In this document: positions 1 to 9,011 of the stretch, piece by piece
Layout: every line of letters starts with the position of its first letter
How positions within the stretch are numbered: position 1 is the first letter of the stretch
DNA from: a virus
Reading direction: 5' to 3' (one strand)
DNA length: 44,417 nucleotides
Virus record (IMG/VR): IMGVR_UViG_3300037424_000618
Coordinates: 1-44,417 of that record
Translations under genes and position numbers: made by a program
Notes under the pieces: model-generated
What the model was told of the DNA's origin: nothing
Databases searched by the model: none
Seen by the model: only the letters and a program-made list of their open reading frames with translations

Positions 1-127
1 GAAATCCCTGGCCCCGCCCACCGAGGCGCAGGATGCTAAGATGATTCTGCTGCAAACGATTTTGAATGGCCAGGATTTGATTGCTACCTGCCATAAGGAC
101 CCGCAGTGGAGAAGTCTAATTTTCTCC
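1..127. repeat. Exact 127-nt terminal overlap, copy 1 (identical to 44291..44417)
   Basis: Read directly: gaaatccctggccccgcc...gtctaattttctcc occurs verbatim at both window ends; the terL frame is continuous across the junction. Confidence 0.95.
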
Positions 128-907
128 TGCTTTGACCAGCATGGGGAGTCCAGGTGGGAGGCGAGGTTTCCGACGAAGTGGTTGCTGGAAGAGAAGCAGG
201 CCCATGTTAGTAGGAACCAACTCAGCCTCTGGCTTCGGGAGATGGAATGTAAGGTTACCTCCGAGGCCACTGCCGCGTTTAAGGAAAGCTGGTTAAAGTA
301 CTATGAGCCAGGCATGCTTCCGGACCGAATGACCACGTTTTACTTTATCGACCCTGTTCCCCCGCCGTCGGACAGGCAGTTAAGCATGGGGTTGAAGGAC
401 AAGGACTGGGAGGTCCATGCAGTTGTCGGCCTGTATCGAGGGAAGTATTATCTTTGCGAATACAAGCTAAATCGGGGGCATGAGCCGGACTGGTCAGTCG
501 CAACATTTTGGGAGATGATTGATAAGTGGAAGCCAAGAAGGGCCAGGGTGGAGACTGTTAACTACCAGCGGACCTTGAAATGGCTTCTTGAGCAGTCGAT
601 GAAGCAGCGCGGTCGATATGTTCAACTTAGTGATACAGAACCTGACCGGCGAAAGAAATCATACAGGATTATTGATGCCCTATCCGGTCCTTGCTCCAAC
701 GGGGAGTTTTATGTAAACAAGCTCGAGCATAGCGAATTCATCGAGCAATTTACCAGCTATCCTGATGTTGAGCATGATGATGTGATTGAGGCAGTGGCTG
801 AAGCTTTGAAGATGGCTGTGGAAGACCTGGCCTTCATTGATGGTGATTTCGAGGAGCTCGACGATGATGATTCCGGGCTTCCTAAACTCAGGGGTTATGC
901 GCCATGA
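2..907 (+). CDS. terL: Terminase large subunit, C-terminal (nuclease) part; continuation of 43710..44417 across the circular junction
   Basis: Frame is open from base 2 and in phase with the ORF that runs off the window end; nuclease-domain-like acidic motifs (FYFIDPVPP, EHDDVIEAVAEAL); stop overlaps the portal start (ATGA at 904-907). Confidence 0.85.
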   Translation, partial: KSLAPPTEAQDAKMILLQTILNGQDLIATCHKDPQWRSLIFSCFDQHGESRWEARFPTKWLLEEKQAHVSRNQLSLWLREMECKVTSEATAAFKESWLKYYEPGMLPDRMTTFYFIDPVPPPSDRQLSMGLKDKDWEVHAVVGLYRGKYYLCEYKLNRGHEPDWSVATFWEMIDKWKPRRARVETVNYQRTLKWLLEQSMKQRGRYVQLSDTEPDRRKKSYRIIDALSGPCSNGEFYVNKLEHSEFIEQFTSYPDVEHDDVIEAVAEALKMAVEDLAFIDGDFEELDDDDSGLPKLRGYAP

Positions 908-2880
908 TTGGTGGGAACAAGAATCTGCGCTATGGGACAAAAGAGCATACCAAGATATTGGAAGCTCTTAACACACGCAAGCGCTACTCGATGAAGAAGT
1001 CAGCGGACAGGCGGGCTATCTGGGCGAAGGACGAAGAGCGCTATATGGCGTATATCAAGGAGACGGAGCTCGACGCCCTTCGGTCTGGTAAGCGGGATGA
1101 GGGAAATCCGCAGTACACCACCATCGAGATTCCGTATTCCTACGCGCTGCTCATGTCGGCGCATACTTACTGGACTACCGTTTTCCTGGGGCGGACTCCT
1201 GTGTTTCAGTACGACGTTCGCCATGGAGGGAATGAGGCTAATCCCCAGGCCATGGAAGCCCTGTTGGATTATCAGACTAATATCGGCGGAATGATGGTGC
1301 CGTTGTATATCTGGCTTATGGACGCCCCGAAGTATGGTCTTGGCGTCGTCGGCAGTTATTGGGACGAGGAAACTGTTCGGGTCAGTAAGATTGTGGAAGA
1401 GCCGGTGACCTGGAATGGCTTTGAACTTCCAGGAAAGACCAAGAAGGTCCGAAAGACTGTATCTGTCCCGGGGTATCAAGGGAATCGGCTGTTTAATATC
1501 CGACCTCAGGACCATATTGGTGACCCGCGGGTGAGCTATGCCAATCACCAAAAAGGGGAGTTTGAAGGCTATATGCTGGATATCTCCTGGAATGATTTGG
1601 TGAACGGGAAGGAGGCTGGTTATTACTACAACGTGGATGCAGTTAAGAAATACATGGCTGCAGGTAATTCCGGCCTGGGCAGCTATGGCATTGGCGTTGA
1701 CGAGCGGGACAGGGGTTCTTCTCAGATGGAACTCCCTGACCGGGAGGAGCAGGAGGATTTGAGTGTCCTGGATATTCCGCATTATGGATATTTCCAGGGA
1801 TATGAAATGTTCGTCCGGCTTATCCCGAAGATGTGGGGACTGGGGGAAAGTGAGCTTCCGGAAGTCTGGGTATTCACCGTGGTGGATGACAAGATTATCA
1901 TCCGTGCCCAGCCCCTCGGAGAACTCCACGATAAGTTCCCGATTGATTTGCTGGAGTATGAAATTGAGGGATATCAGTTTTCAAAGCGGTCCATGTTGGA
2001 AACTCTTCAGCCCTTACAGAATGTAATGACGTGGCTGTTCAATACTCATTTCTATAACGTAAGAAAGAGTTTGAATAACATGTTCGTCGCTGACCCAAGC
2101 CGGGTTAACACGAAGGATATCACGAACCCAGATGCAGGTCTTATTATCCGTTTGAAGCCTGGGGCTTATGGCACGAGCATTGATAACGTATTCAGGCAGC
2201 TTCCTGTTTCCGATATCACCTCCCGGCACTTGCAGGATTCTGAGATTGTTGCCCAGATGATGCAGCGAGTCGTCGGCGTCAATGACCAGATTATGGGCAT
2301 GCAGGCTGCTGGTGGAAGGAAGACGGCGACGGAGATTCGCGGCTCGTCCGCCTTTTCCATGAACAGGTTGAAGACGCAGGCGGAATACTTCTCTGCCATG
2401 GGGTTCCAGCCTTTGGGCCAGAAGCTTGCGCAAATGACGCAGCAACATTATTCACTCGAGCGCATGTTCAAGATTGCGGGAGACCTGCAGCCGGGGCAGA
2501 CACAGCAGATGCTTGTTACCCCCGAAGACCTGGCAGGCTTTTACGATTATGTTCCTGTCGATGGGACGATGCCCGTTGACCGATACGCGATGGCAAATCT
2601 CTTCAAGGAAATCATGCAGGGCATTCAACAGATTCCGCAAGTCGGGATGCAGTATGACCTCGCTGCTATCTTTGCCTATACGATGCAACTTGCCGGGGCG
2701 AAGAACATTTCCAGATTCAAGGTTAAGATTACCCCTGACCAGGAGCTTCTTATGCAGGCTCAGCAAGGAAACATGGTTCCGCTCGGGCCTCAGGGCGGGG
2801 GTAGCATTACTGGTGGAGAGGAGCGTTTCGCTAGAGCAGGGGAGCCGGGGCAAGTCCCTGGCATGGGGCCAACAGGCTAA
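904..2880 (+). CDS. Portal protein (podovirus head-to-tail connector type)
   Basis: 658-aa ORF translationally coupled to terL; size and position (terL-portal-scaffold-capsid) are typical; no catalytic motif can be checked by eye. Confidence 0.75.
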   Translation: MIGGNKNLRYGTKEHTKILEALNTRKRYSMKKSADRRAIWAKDEERYMAYIKETELDALRSGKRDEGNPQYTTIEIPYSYALLMSAHTYWTTVFLGRTPVFQYDVRHGGNEANPQAMEALLDYQTNIGGMMVPLYIWLMDAPKYGLGVVGSYWDEETVRVSKIVEEPVTWNGFELPGKTKKVRKTVSVPGYQGNRLFNIRPQDHIGDPRVSYANHQKGEFEGYMLDISWNDLVNGKEAGYYYNVDAVKKYMAAGNSGLGSYGIGVDERDRGSSQMELPDREEQEDLSVLDIPHYGYFQGYEMFVRLIPKMWGLGESELPEVWVFTVVDDKIIIRAQPLGELHDKFPIDLLEYEIEGYQFSKRSMLETLQPLQNVMTWLFNTHFYNVRKSLNNMFVADPSRVNTKDITNPDAGLIIRLKPGAYGTSIDNVFRQLPVSDITSRHLQDSEIVAQMMQRVVGVNDQIMGMQAAGGRKTATEIRGSSAFSMNRLKTQAEYFSAMGFQPLGQKLAQMTQQHYSLERMFKIAGDLQPGQTQQMLVTPEDLAGFYDYVPVDGTMPVDRYAMANLFKEIMQGIQQIPQVGMQYDLAAIFAYTMQLAGAKNISRFKVKITPDQELLMQAQQGNMVPLGPQGGGSITGGEERFARAGEPGQVPGMGPTG

Positions 2881-2890
2881 GGGGTGATAT

Positions 2891-3211
2891 ATGAGTGAAG
2901 ATATTTTCGAGGATGATAACCAGACCCTCCGGGAAATGAAAGATGCGTTCGGCTCGGTGGAGAATATGCTGGAGTCTCCTGGCTGGGAGGTACTTGGTAA
3001 GTATGTTGCCCAGCAAATCGAGGCGAGGACACAGACGCTTGTGTTCGCGGACATTACTCATGATGAGATGACTCGGCTTCGGAGTGAAATCAGTGCAATC
3101 TATACTTTTAAGGAGCTTCCGGCTTTGATATTGGAAGAACTGCAGTCGAATATCAAGGCGAGGGAAGTGGAATTGGCGGCAAATAAAGAGGTATACCCAA
3201 ATGCGGATTAA
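2891..3211 (+). CDS. Hypothetical head-module protein (106 aa)
   Basis: ORF with GGGGTGA SD-like sequence upstream; lies between portal and scaffold; overlaps the next start. Confidence 0.55.
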   Translation: MSEDIFEDDNQTLREMKDAFGSVENMLESPGWEVLGKYVAQQIEARTQTLVFADITHDEMTRLRSEISAIYTFKELPALILEELQSNIKAREVELAANKEVYPNAD

Positions 3212-4085
3212 ATACGAAGATACCAGATTGTTGGACAAGGCTGGTGAAGAAGGTTCTCCAGGCGCAAGCCCGGCCGTGGAGGAAGAAGATACAGTCTCTG
3301 ATGATATACTCAGCATGTGGAACGAGTTTGCTGATGATGCGGATGATGACTTAATCGACGCAGAAGTTGAGCAAGAGGAAGTAGTTGTACCGCCGACCGC
3401 TGTGGAGCAACAGGAAGAGGAAGAAGAAGTAACCCCGCCTGTTGAACCCACGGCCGAGGAAGAACAACCACAGCCTACTGCAGAGGAAGTCGAGCAGGCA
3501 CAGCCGGAGGTTGAAAAGCCGAAGGTTCCCACGCAGGAAGAAGTTAAGGCTGATATTCAGCAGAAGCGTGAAACAGCTCTGGCACAACTCAAGGAGCATT
3601 TCAAACTCACGGAAGAACAGGCTACGCAGTTGCTGACAGCCCCACAGGAAGTTTTGCCGGATATCATGGCGAAGCTGTATATGGATGTGTATGACTCGGT
3701 GGTGCATGGTATGTCAGGTCAGTTGCCGACCATCATCAAGTCTGTCGCATACCAGGAACAGCAGCAGCAGGCTGGGCGGAAGATGTTCTATGATTCCTGG
3801 CCGAAGCTTGACCCGGTGAAGCACGGCGATGTTGTCGGGAAGTATGCTCAGATGTATATCAGCATGCACCCCAACGCGACCGCCGAGGAAGTGATTCGTG
3901 ATGTGGGAACTCAGGTGATGTTCGCGCTGAAAATTCCGGTGGACGCTCCGGAGCAGCAACAGGCTGCTACGCCGACGCCGCAGGCCCACGCGTTCCGTCC
4001 GGCTGGTTCTGGCAGGCAAGCAGGTTCTGCCGGTGTTTCTGACAATATCTTTACTCAGATGGCTGAGGAAGATGATTTCGACTAA
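3201..4085 (+). CDS. Putative scaffolding protein
   Basis: AGAGGT SD 9 nt upstream; very acidic low-complexity N half (EEEDTVSDD, EQQEEEEEVTPPVEPTAEEEQPQ) and helical C half; position directly upstream of the capsid gene. Confidence 0.6.
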   Translation: MRIKYEDTRLLDKAGEEGSPGASPAVEEEDTVSDDILSMWNEFADDADDDLIDAEVEQEEVVVPPTAVEQQEEEEEVTPPVEPTAEEEQPQPTAEEVEQAQPEVEKPKVPTQEEVKADIQQKRETALAQLKEHFKLTEEQATQLLTAPQEVLPDIMAKLYMDVYDSVVHGMSGQLPTIIKSVAYQEQQQQAGRKMFYDSWPKLDPVKHGDVVGKYAQMYISMHPNATAEEVIRDVGTQVMFALKIPVDAPEQQQAATPTPQAHAFRPAGSGRQAGSAGVSDNIFTQMAEEDDFD

Positions 4086-4100
4086 CTGATGTAGGAGTGA

Positions 4101-5330
4101 ATGAAAATGGCAGCAGTAGCAGGCCTTCGTGGCACAGGAGATTGGGGCACTGATGAGCGCCCAAAGAATTTCAGGGAAATGATTCTCTGGAGAAACCCGA
4201 ATGGTAAGGCACCGCTGACGGCACTCATGTCGAAGATGCGGAGTCAGTCCGTCGACGACCCGGAATTCAGCTGGTGGGAAGAAGAGCTGAATCCAATTCG
4301 TCTGCAGGTGAATGGTACCATTTCCACTACCACTTACACCACGGTTATCGTGGACAGTGGTGATGCGACCAACCTCGTGGCAGGGGATGTGCTGTTGGTG
4401 GAAAAGGCTGAGACCGAATCCTCCGACGTGTATTCCTACGACAACGAGATTGTTGTTGTGGCCAGTGTCTCGGCAACCACGCAGTTCATCGTGGCTCGCG
4501 CCCAGGCTGGTACCACCGCAGCTGCGATTCCGGATGACGCTTTCCTGACCAAAATCGGGAACGTGTACGAGGAAGGTTCTACCTCGCCGGACTCTTCCAC
4601 CCGCAACCCGACGAAGAAGACGAACTATTGTCAAATCTTCAAGACCTCTTATCGGATTACGGAGACCGCCAAGCGTACCCGTACCCGTACCGGGGACCCG
4701 CTGAAGAATGACAAGAAGCGCAAGATGTTCGACCACTCCGTCGCCCTGGAATACAGCTTCCTGTTCGGCAAGCCGTATGAAGATACCACCGGCACCAAGC
4801 CCAAGCGTTACACCGGCGGCCTTCTTCACTACCTGGCCGCGGAAGATGCCAACGCCCCGAACCACTGCGTTAAGGTCTGGACCACCACCCCGACTGTCGA
4901 CACCTTCTTCGACTCGGTTTACAGGGTCTGGGATTACGATGGTGGCACGGCTGGCTCCGAGCGTCTGGTCTTTGCAGGGAATGGGTTCCTGAATCGCCTG
5001 AACAAGATTGCCCGTGGTGATTCTGGTTCTCGCATCAACTTCGACGGAGTTGTCCGCCAGTACGGTATGGAGCTGATGCGGTTCATCCTGCCGCAGGGTA
5101 CGCTGTATATCCGTTCCCATCCGCTGATGAACGTCCATTCCAAGTTCAACAAGGGCGCGTTCGTCATCGACCCCACCTCGCTGGTATATCGCCATCTCCG
5201 CGACACCACTCCGCAGGATAACATCCAGGCTCCTGATGCTGATGAGCAGAAGGGACAATGGCTGTCTGAGTGCGGGCTGGAGTTCCATCACGCGAAGACG
5301 ATGCAGTACCACGCCAATTTCGACAACTAA
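4101..5330 (+). CDS. Major capsid protein (HK97-fold expected)
   Basis: 409-aa ORF after the scaffold, followed by a very strong intrinsic terminator; GGAG at 4094-4097 favours the second ATG at 4107 as the true start. Confidence 0.8.
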   Translation: MKMAAVAGLRGTGDWGTDERPKNFREMILWRNPNGKAPLTALMSKMRSQSVDDPEFSWWEEELNPIRLQVNGTISTTTYTTVIVDSGDATNLVAGDVLLVEKAETESSDVYSYDNEIVVVASVSATTQFIVARAQAGTTAAAIPDDAFLTKIGNVYEEGSTSPDSSTRNPTKKTNYCQIFKTSYRITETAKRTRTRTGDPLKNDKKRKMFDHSVALEYSFLFGKPYEDTTGTKPKRYTGGLLHYLAAEDANAPNHCVKVWTTTPTVDTFFDSVYRVWDYDGGTAGSERLVFAGNGFLNRLNKIARGDSGSRINFDGVVRQYGMELMRFILPQGTLYIRSHPLMNVHSKFNKGAFVIDPTSLVYRHLRDTTPQDNIQAPDADEQKGQWLSECGLEFHHAKTMQYHANFDN

Positions 5331-5342
5331 GTCGAGCCTTTT

Positions 5343-5371
5343 GGAGGGAGCTTCGGTTCCCTCCTTTTTTT
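5343..5371 (+). terminator. Rho-independent terminator after the capsid gene
   Basis: GGAGGGAG-CTTCGG-TTCCCTCC hairpin (about 9 bp, C(UUCG)G tetraloop) followed by TTTTTTT. Confidence 0.85.
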
Positions 5372-5385
5372 AAGGAGAATTTGAA

Positions 5386-5694
5386 ATGGCTATTACTTAC
5401 CAGTTGCCTGAGAATAAGCCTTATAAGAAGGTGGCGGAGCTGAATGCTGCTTCTGAGGATTCCTATTACCGTCCTTGTGTGTACCTGGAAATCTCCCCGG
5501 AGCAGTTGAAGGCACTCACCATTGGCGATAACATCGAGGTTAAGCTTACCGGGCTAGTTAAGGGACTGGAGATGCGGGAACATGCTGTAGGAAAATCCCG
5601 ACATGAGTTGGACCTGGAAGTTTCTACAATAACCATTCCCTCGAAAAATGTCTTCACCAAGATGGTGGACGAAGAAGAAGCGGAGTATGAGTAA
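5386..5694 (+). CDS. Hypothetical virion-module protein (102 aa)
   Basis: AAGGAG SD 9 nt upstream; acidic C terminus; position after the capsid gene. Confidence 0.55.
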   Translation: MAITYQLPENKPYKKVAELNAASEDSYYRPCVYLEISPEQLKALTIGDNIEVKLTGLVKGLEMREHAVGKSRHELDLEVSTITIPSKNVFTKMVDEEEAEYE

Positions 5695-5951
5695 TGGCTT
5701 CCACGCTGTACGTAGTCAGGAAAAGGAATCCGTTTCTCCGGCCGGGGACTTTTGTCCGACTCTTTGACCACGGCTTTGAGCAGTGCATTACTCGCACAGT
5801 AGACGGAAGGTTGCAGATTGTGGGATATTCTGGGATGATTTTTTCCGAAGATACCTTGAAACCTTTTATCTCAGCGGTGCTTTCCAGGGGTCTGGATAAT
5901 CGCTGCCAGAATGGTTCCGTCGGCGGTAACAAGGTTCTTATTCTTAATTGA
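5694..5951 (+). CDS. Hypothetical protein (85 aa)
   Basis: TAATG stop/start overlap with the preceding ORF. Confidence 0.5.
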   Translation: MASTLYVVRKRNPFLRPGTFVRLFDHGFEQCITRTVDGRLQIVGYSGMIFSEDTLKPFISAVLSRGLDNRCQNGSVGGNKVLILN

Positions 5952-5959
5952 GGTGAGTT

Positions 5960-6607
5960 ATGAAAGATATTCATGTAGGCGTATGCGTTCCGAGCATGGG
6001 AAGCATCGTAACTGAGACTACTTCCTGTCTCTTACAGTTATCCGCATTCTTTCACCAGAATCGGGTTCCTGGGTGTAGGTCACAGAAGCTGAGTTTCATC
6101 TTCGCCCAGGGAAGTCTTCTGCCGCAGGTCAGACAGGGGGCATTTGCTTCTGCGTTGAAAGCTGGGTGTACCCATATCCTTGCCATCGACTCGGACATGA
6201 AATTCCCAAAGCAGGTGATTCACGGTCTCTTCAAGCATGATAAGGACTTCGTGGCTGCAAACTATGTTACCAAGCAAATACCCGCCGAGCCGGTTACCAC
6301 TGGGCTGGATTTGGAGCGGGTCTACTCCACTTCGGATAAGCATGGGTTGGAGGTAGTTTCTCACACCGGATTTGGCGTAGTGCTGATTAAGACCAAGCTA
6401 GTCAAGCGAATTGGGCCTGCGCTGTTTGAGATTCGCTGGAACGAGGAGTCAGGGGCTTATATGGGTGAGGATGTTTACTTTTGCGAGAGATTTCGTGAGG
6501 CGGGCGGTAAAATCTATATCGACCATGACTTGTCGAAGCATGTAACACATCTTGGAAAGTACGAGTTCTCCCATGCACACTACAAGCCCGACTTATTGCG
6601 TACATAA
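5960..6607 (+). CDS. Glycosyltransferase (GT-A/GT2-like)
   Basis: GAGGTGA SD; N-terminal VGVCVPSMG beta-strand start, DxD-type motif ILAIDSDMKF, later GEDVYFCERFREAGG, a pattern typical of GT-A fold enzymes. Confidence 0.6.
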   Translation: MKDIHVGVCVPSMGSIVTETTSCLLQLSAFFHQNRVPGCRSQKLSFIFAQGSLLPQVRQGAFASALKAGCTHILAIDSDMKFPKQVIHGLFKHDKDFVAANYVTKQIPAEPVTTGLDLERVYSTSDKHGLEVVSHTGFGVVLIKTKLVKRIGPALFEIRWNEESGAYMGEDVYFCERFREAGGKIYIDHDLSKHVTHLGKYEFSHAHYKPDLLRT

Positions 6608-6632
6608 CATTTGCATTAAATGAGGTGTCGAA

Positions 6633-8657
6633 ATGCACTGGACTGAAGATGATGGCGTTGATACCAACTGGACAGAGGGCCAGCTGCTCTTCTTTACCAC
6701 TGACAGGTACGATGCAATTCGCCCTTATATTGAGCGGGTGAGCACAGGGAACGTTATTGGTAACTGTACGGATAAGATTAAGTTGATTATCCATACTGGA
6801 CAATCCCTATCTATTGGCGGTGGTAGTAATCAGATTGTAGAATCTGCCCCGAGGTATCCTGAGTATTGCCAGATGCTTGCTGATGGCGCCAGGGGATTTG
6901 CTTCCTTTGCTTTCCTTGATGCTTACACAGTTGAGGAAGTTATTGCGTTTGCGGCAGATAAACTGATTACCGATGCCCCGGATTTCTTGCCTATACAGGA
7001 AGAGTCGTCTATAACCAGGGGTGAGACACAGGGCTCTGGAATGCTGGAGCGTTTGCATAAAAGGGAACTTAATGCAGAGGTTCAGTTAAATACCTATGTC
7101 TATCGTTCCCACGGGAGAGGTGGGGCAGATATTTCCCTGATAGAAAAGGGTGCCCCACCTTACTACATCGGCCTGGAAGAGGTTAGAAGAGTCAAGGATA
7201 TCGCGGCAATCTATGGGAAGGAGGTTGAAGTTGTCGCACTGGTTATCACTCATGGAGAGGCGGACACAGATAACCCTACCTATGATGTATCCCTTACCCA
7301 GTTGATTGCTGATTATCGCGCTGATGTCCCTCTTATCACCGGCCAGACTACTACAATCCCTGTCTTCATCGACCAAGTTGCTCCTGCAAATCCGGACGGC
7401 CTTCAGACTGCTATACAGGAAATGCAGGTTGCTGTGGCCGATGCCCTGGATGGTGTTTATCTTACCGCGCCGAAGTATCAGTATGCTTACGTTGCTGCTG
7501 ATAATGTGCATTTGGCCGCATTAAGCTACCGACTCCTCGGCGATTTGCAGGGATATGTCATCAGCCAGGTTTTGCAAGATGGTATTGACTGGGTGCCGCT
7601 TAAGCCCATTTCCTGGTCAGTCTCTGATACCATTATCACAGTAGTCTTTAATGTCCCTTCCGGTTCCCTTGCCTTCGATACCACCACACTCGCAGCTGCC
7701 CCTGACTATGGCTTCACAGTCATTGATGGCGGGGAGTATGCCACGATTTCTGATGTGTCACTCACTGCATACAACACCATGCAGATTACTTTGGCTGCCC
7801 CACTTAGTGGTGAGGCAAAGGCCTTGAAGTACGTCGAAGGTGGTGCGGATTATCAGCATGGGAATCTCCGGGATAGCCAGAACCTTTTAGCCCTTATCGA
7901 CGGTTCGAATATCTATAACTGGTGTGTGGCATTTAATAAATCCCTGTATCTTCCCTACGAAGAAGAGGTAGCTGCTATCCCGGATATGAAAGCCTGGGTG
8001 AATGCTGGGAATGGAAATACTACTCTTGACGGTGGAAGTCAAGTAGTTCTTACCGACCTCTCTCCGGAAGGAGCTGATTGGTCTGTGCCGGCTGGGGTTA
8101 CCACTGGTCCAGTTATCACCCCCGATACCTTGAATGGCTACCCAGTTCTTACGTTTAATGGAGTAGGGTCTGGCGTTGGTGGTCTTCAGCGGTCTGTCTC
8201 TGACCTACCTATTACTATTGGCGCTGCTACTTTCTTCGTTGTTTCCAGGCGGACGGCTCTTGATTCCACTCGCCAGTATACACTTGCGGCAAACACTCGC
8301 ACTGATTCGTTCGTAATGGAGTATGCTAATAACAACACACAGCTTGCTGCCGGTATTAATGGAACTCTGGATTTGATAACGCAGGACCCTACTGTCTGGG
8401 ACATTTGGGCAGTTAGTTATGATAATGACACACTTGTCTATAACCATTACACCAAGACAAACGGGGTGCAGCAGCATGCTATGCCGAGTGTTACGACAGT
8501 CCAGACCTTATTCATGGGGCAGAACGGAGCAACTGCTCTGGGCTTTAAGGGAGACATAGCAGAGGTTTTAGTCTTTTACAGGGACCTTTTTGCGGTAGGG
8601 GATGAGGCTTATCTAGCTTCAATCATCAACTACCTGTCAGCTAAATACGGCATCTAA
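6633..8657 (+). CDS. Tail-spike/receptor-modifying candidate: SGNH (sialate O-acetylesterase/DUF303-like) esterase N domain plus LamG-like C domain
   Basis: GAGGTG SD; HTGQSLSIGG resembles the GQSNxxG block and VITHGEADTD the WxQGExD block of the SASA/DUF303 family; C-terminal FKGDIAEVLVFYRDL is a typical LamG/concanavalin-like signature. Confidence 0.55.
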   Translation: MHWTEDDGVDTNWTEGQLLFFTTDRYDAIRPYIERVSTGNVIGNCTDKIKLIIHTGQSLSIGGGSNQIVESAPRYPEYCQMLADGARGFASFAFLDAYTVEEVIAFAADKLITDAPDFLPIQEESSITRGETQGSGMLERLHKRELNAEVQLNTYVYRSHGRGGADISLIEKGAPPYYIGLEEVRRVKDIAAIYGKEVEVVALVITHGEADTDNPTYDVSLTQLIADYRADVPLITGQTTTIPVFIDQVAPANPDGLQTAIQEMQVAVADALDGVYLTAPKYQYAYVAADNVHLAALSYRLLGDLQGYVISQVLQDGIDWVPLKPISWSVSDTIITVVFNVPSGSLAFDTTTLAAAPDYGFTVIDGGEYATISDVSLTAYNTMQITLAAPLSGEAKALKYVEGGADYQHGNLRDSQNLLALIDGSNIYNWCVAFNKSLYLPYEEEVAAIPDMKAWVNAGNGNTTLDGGSQVVLTDLSPEGADWSVPAGVTTGPVITPDTLNGYPVLTFNGVGSGVGGLQRSVSDLPITIGAATFFVVSRRTALDSTRQYTLAANTRTDSFVMEYANNNTQLAAGINGTLDLITQDPTVWDIWAVSYDNDTLVYNHYTKTNGVQQHAMPSVTTVQTLFMGQNGATALGFKGDIAEVLVFYRDLFAVGDEAYLASIINYLSAKYGI

Positions 8658-8670
8658 GGAAAAATAGTTC

Positions 8671-8699
8671 TTGACATACTCACAGTTTTATGTTATGAT
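8671..8699 (+). promoter_or_regulatory. Near-consensus sigma70-type promoter upstream of the lysis cassette
   Basis: TTGACA (8671-8676), 17-nt spacer ending TGT, TATGAT (8694-8699); lies in the 80-bp gap after the 674-aa ORF. Confidence 0.7.
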
Positions 8700-8737
8700 A
8701 CATATAAATCTGTGATAGTTTATATTTGGAGCTTGCT

Positions 8738-9010
8738 ATGGAATCCTCAGAAATTCGCAAAATTGCTCGAGAGATTATTGCTGAGATTCATGAGCAAAAG
8801 CATGAATTCTGGATTGACGGAGAAATCCACTATAATGAGCATGCAAAGATAAAACCGCTGACGCCGGAGGATGTAATGGCCTTGAAAGATGCTGCTACCG
8901 CGTTCAGGTCTGTCAGTAAAACATTCATGCGGATTTCGTTTCTGGTAGTTATCCTGGCCTCGGCGATACTTGCGGTACTTGCTGCGCTTGGGAAAATACG
9001 GTTGGTGTGA
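8738..9010 (+). CDS. Tail-anchored membrane protein (holin / lysis-regulator candidate)
   Basis: GGAG SD 7 nt before ATG 8738 (the track start 8726 is TTG); single C-terminal TM segment ISFLVVILASAILAVLAALG; first gene of the lysis cassette. Confidence 0.5.
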   Translation: MESSEIRKIAREIIAEIHEQKHEFWIDGEIHYNEHAKIKPLTPEDVMALKDAATAFRSVSKTFMRISFLVVILASAILAVLAALGKIRLV

Positions 9011-9011
9011 T

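Noticed and set aside
1-127. The 127-nt end repeat as a biological direct terminal repeat
   Set aside because: Both boundaries fall in the middle of the terL coding sequence, and the length equals a common assembler k-mer. An assembly overlap of a circular path is the simpler explanation, and it cannot be tested without reads.
3714-5312. 532-aa minus-strand ORF antisense to the scaffold/capsid genes; similar long antisense ORFs at 1000-1929, 2452-3532, 20433-21254 and 33073-34095
   Set aside because: All lie opposite well-supported genes, lack SD sequences and give low-complexity products. They are typical shadow ORFs and not evidence for overlapping genes.
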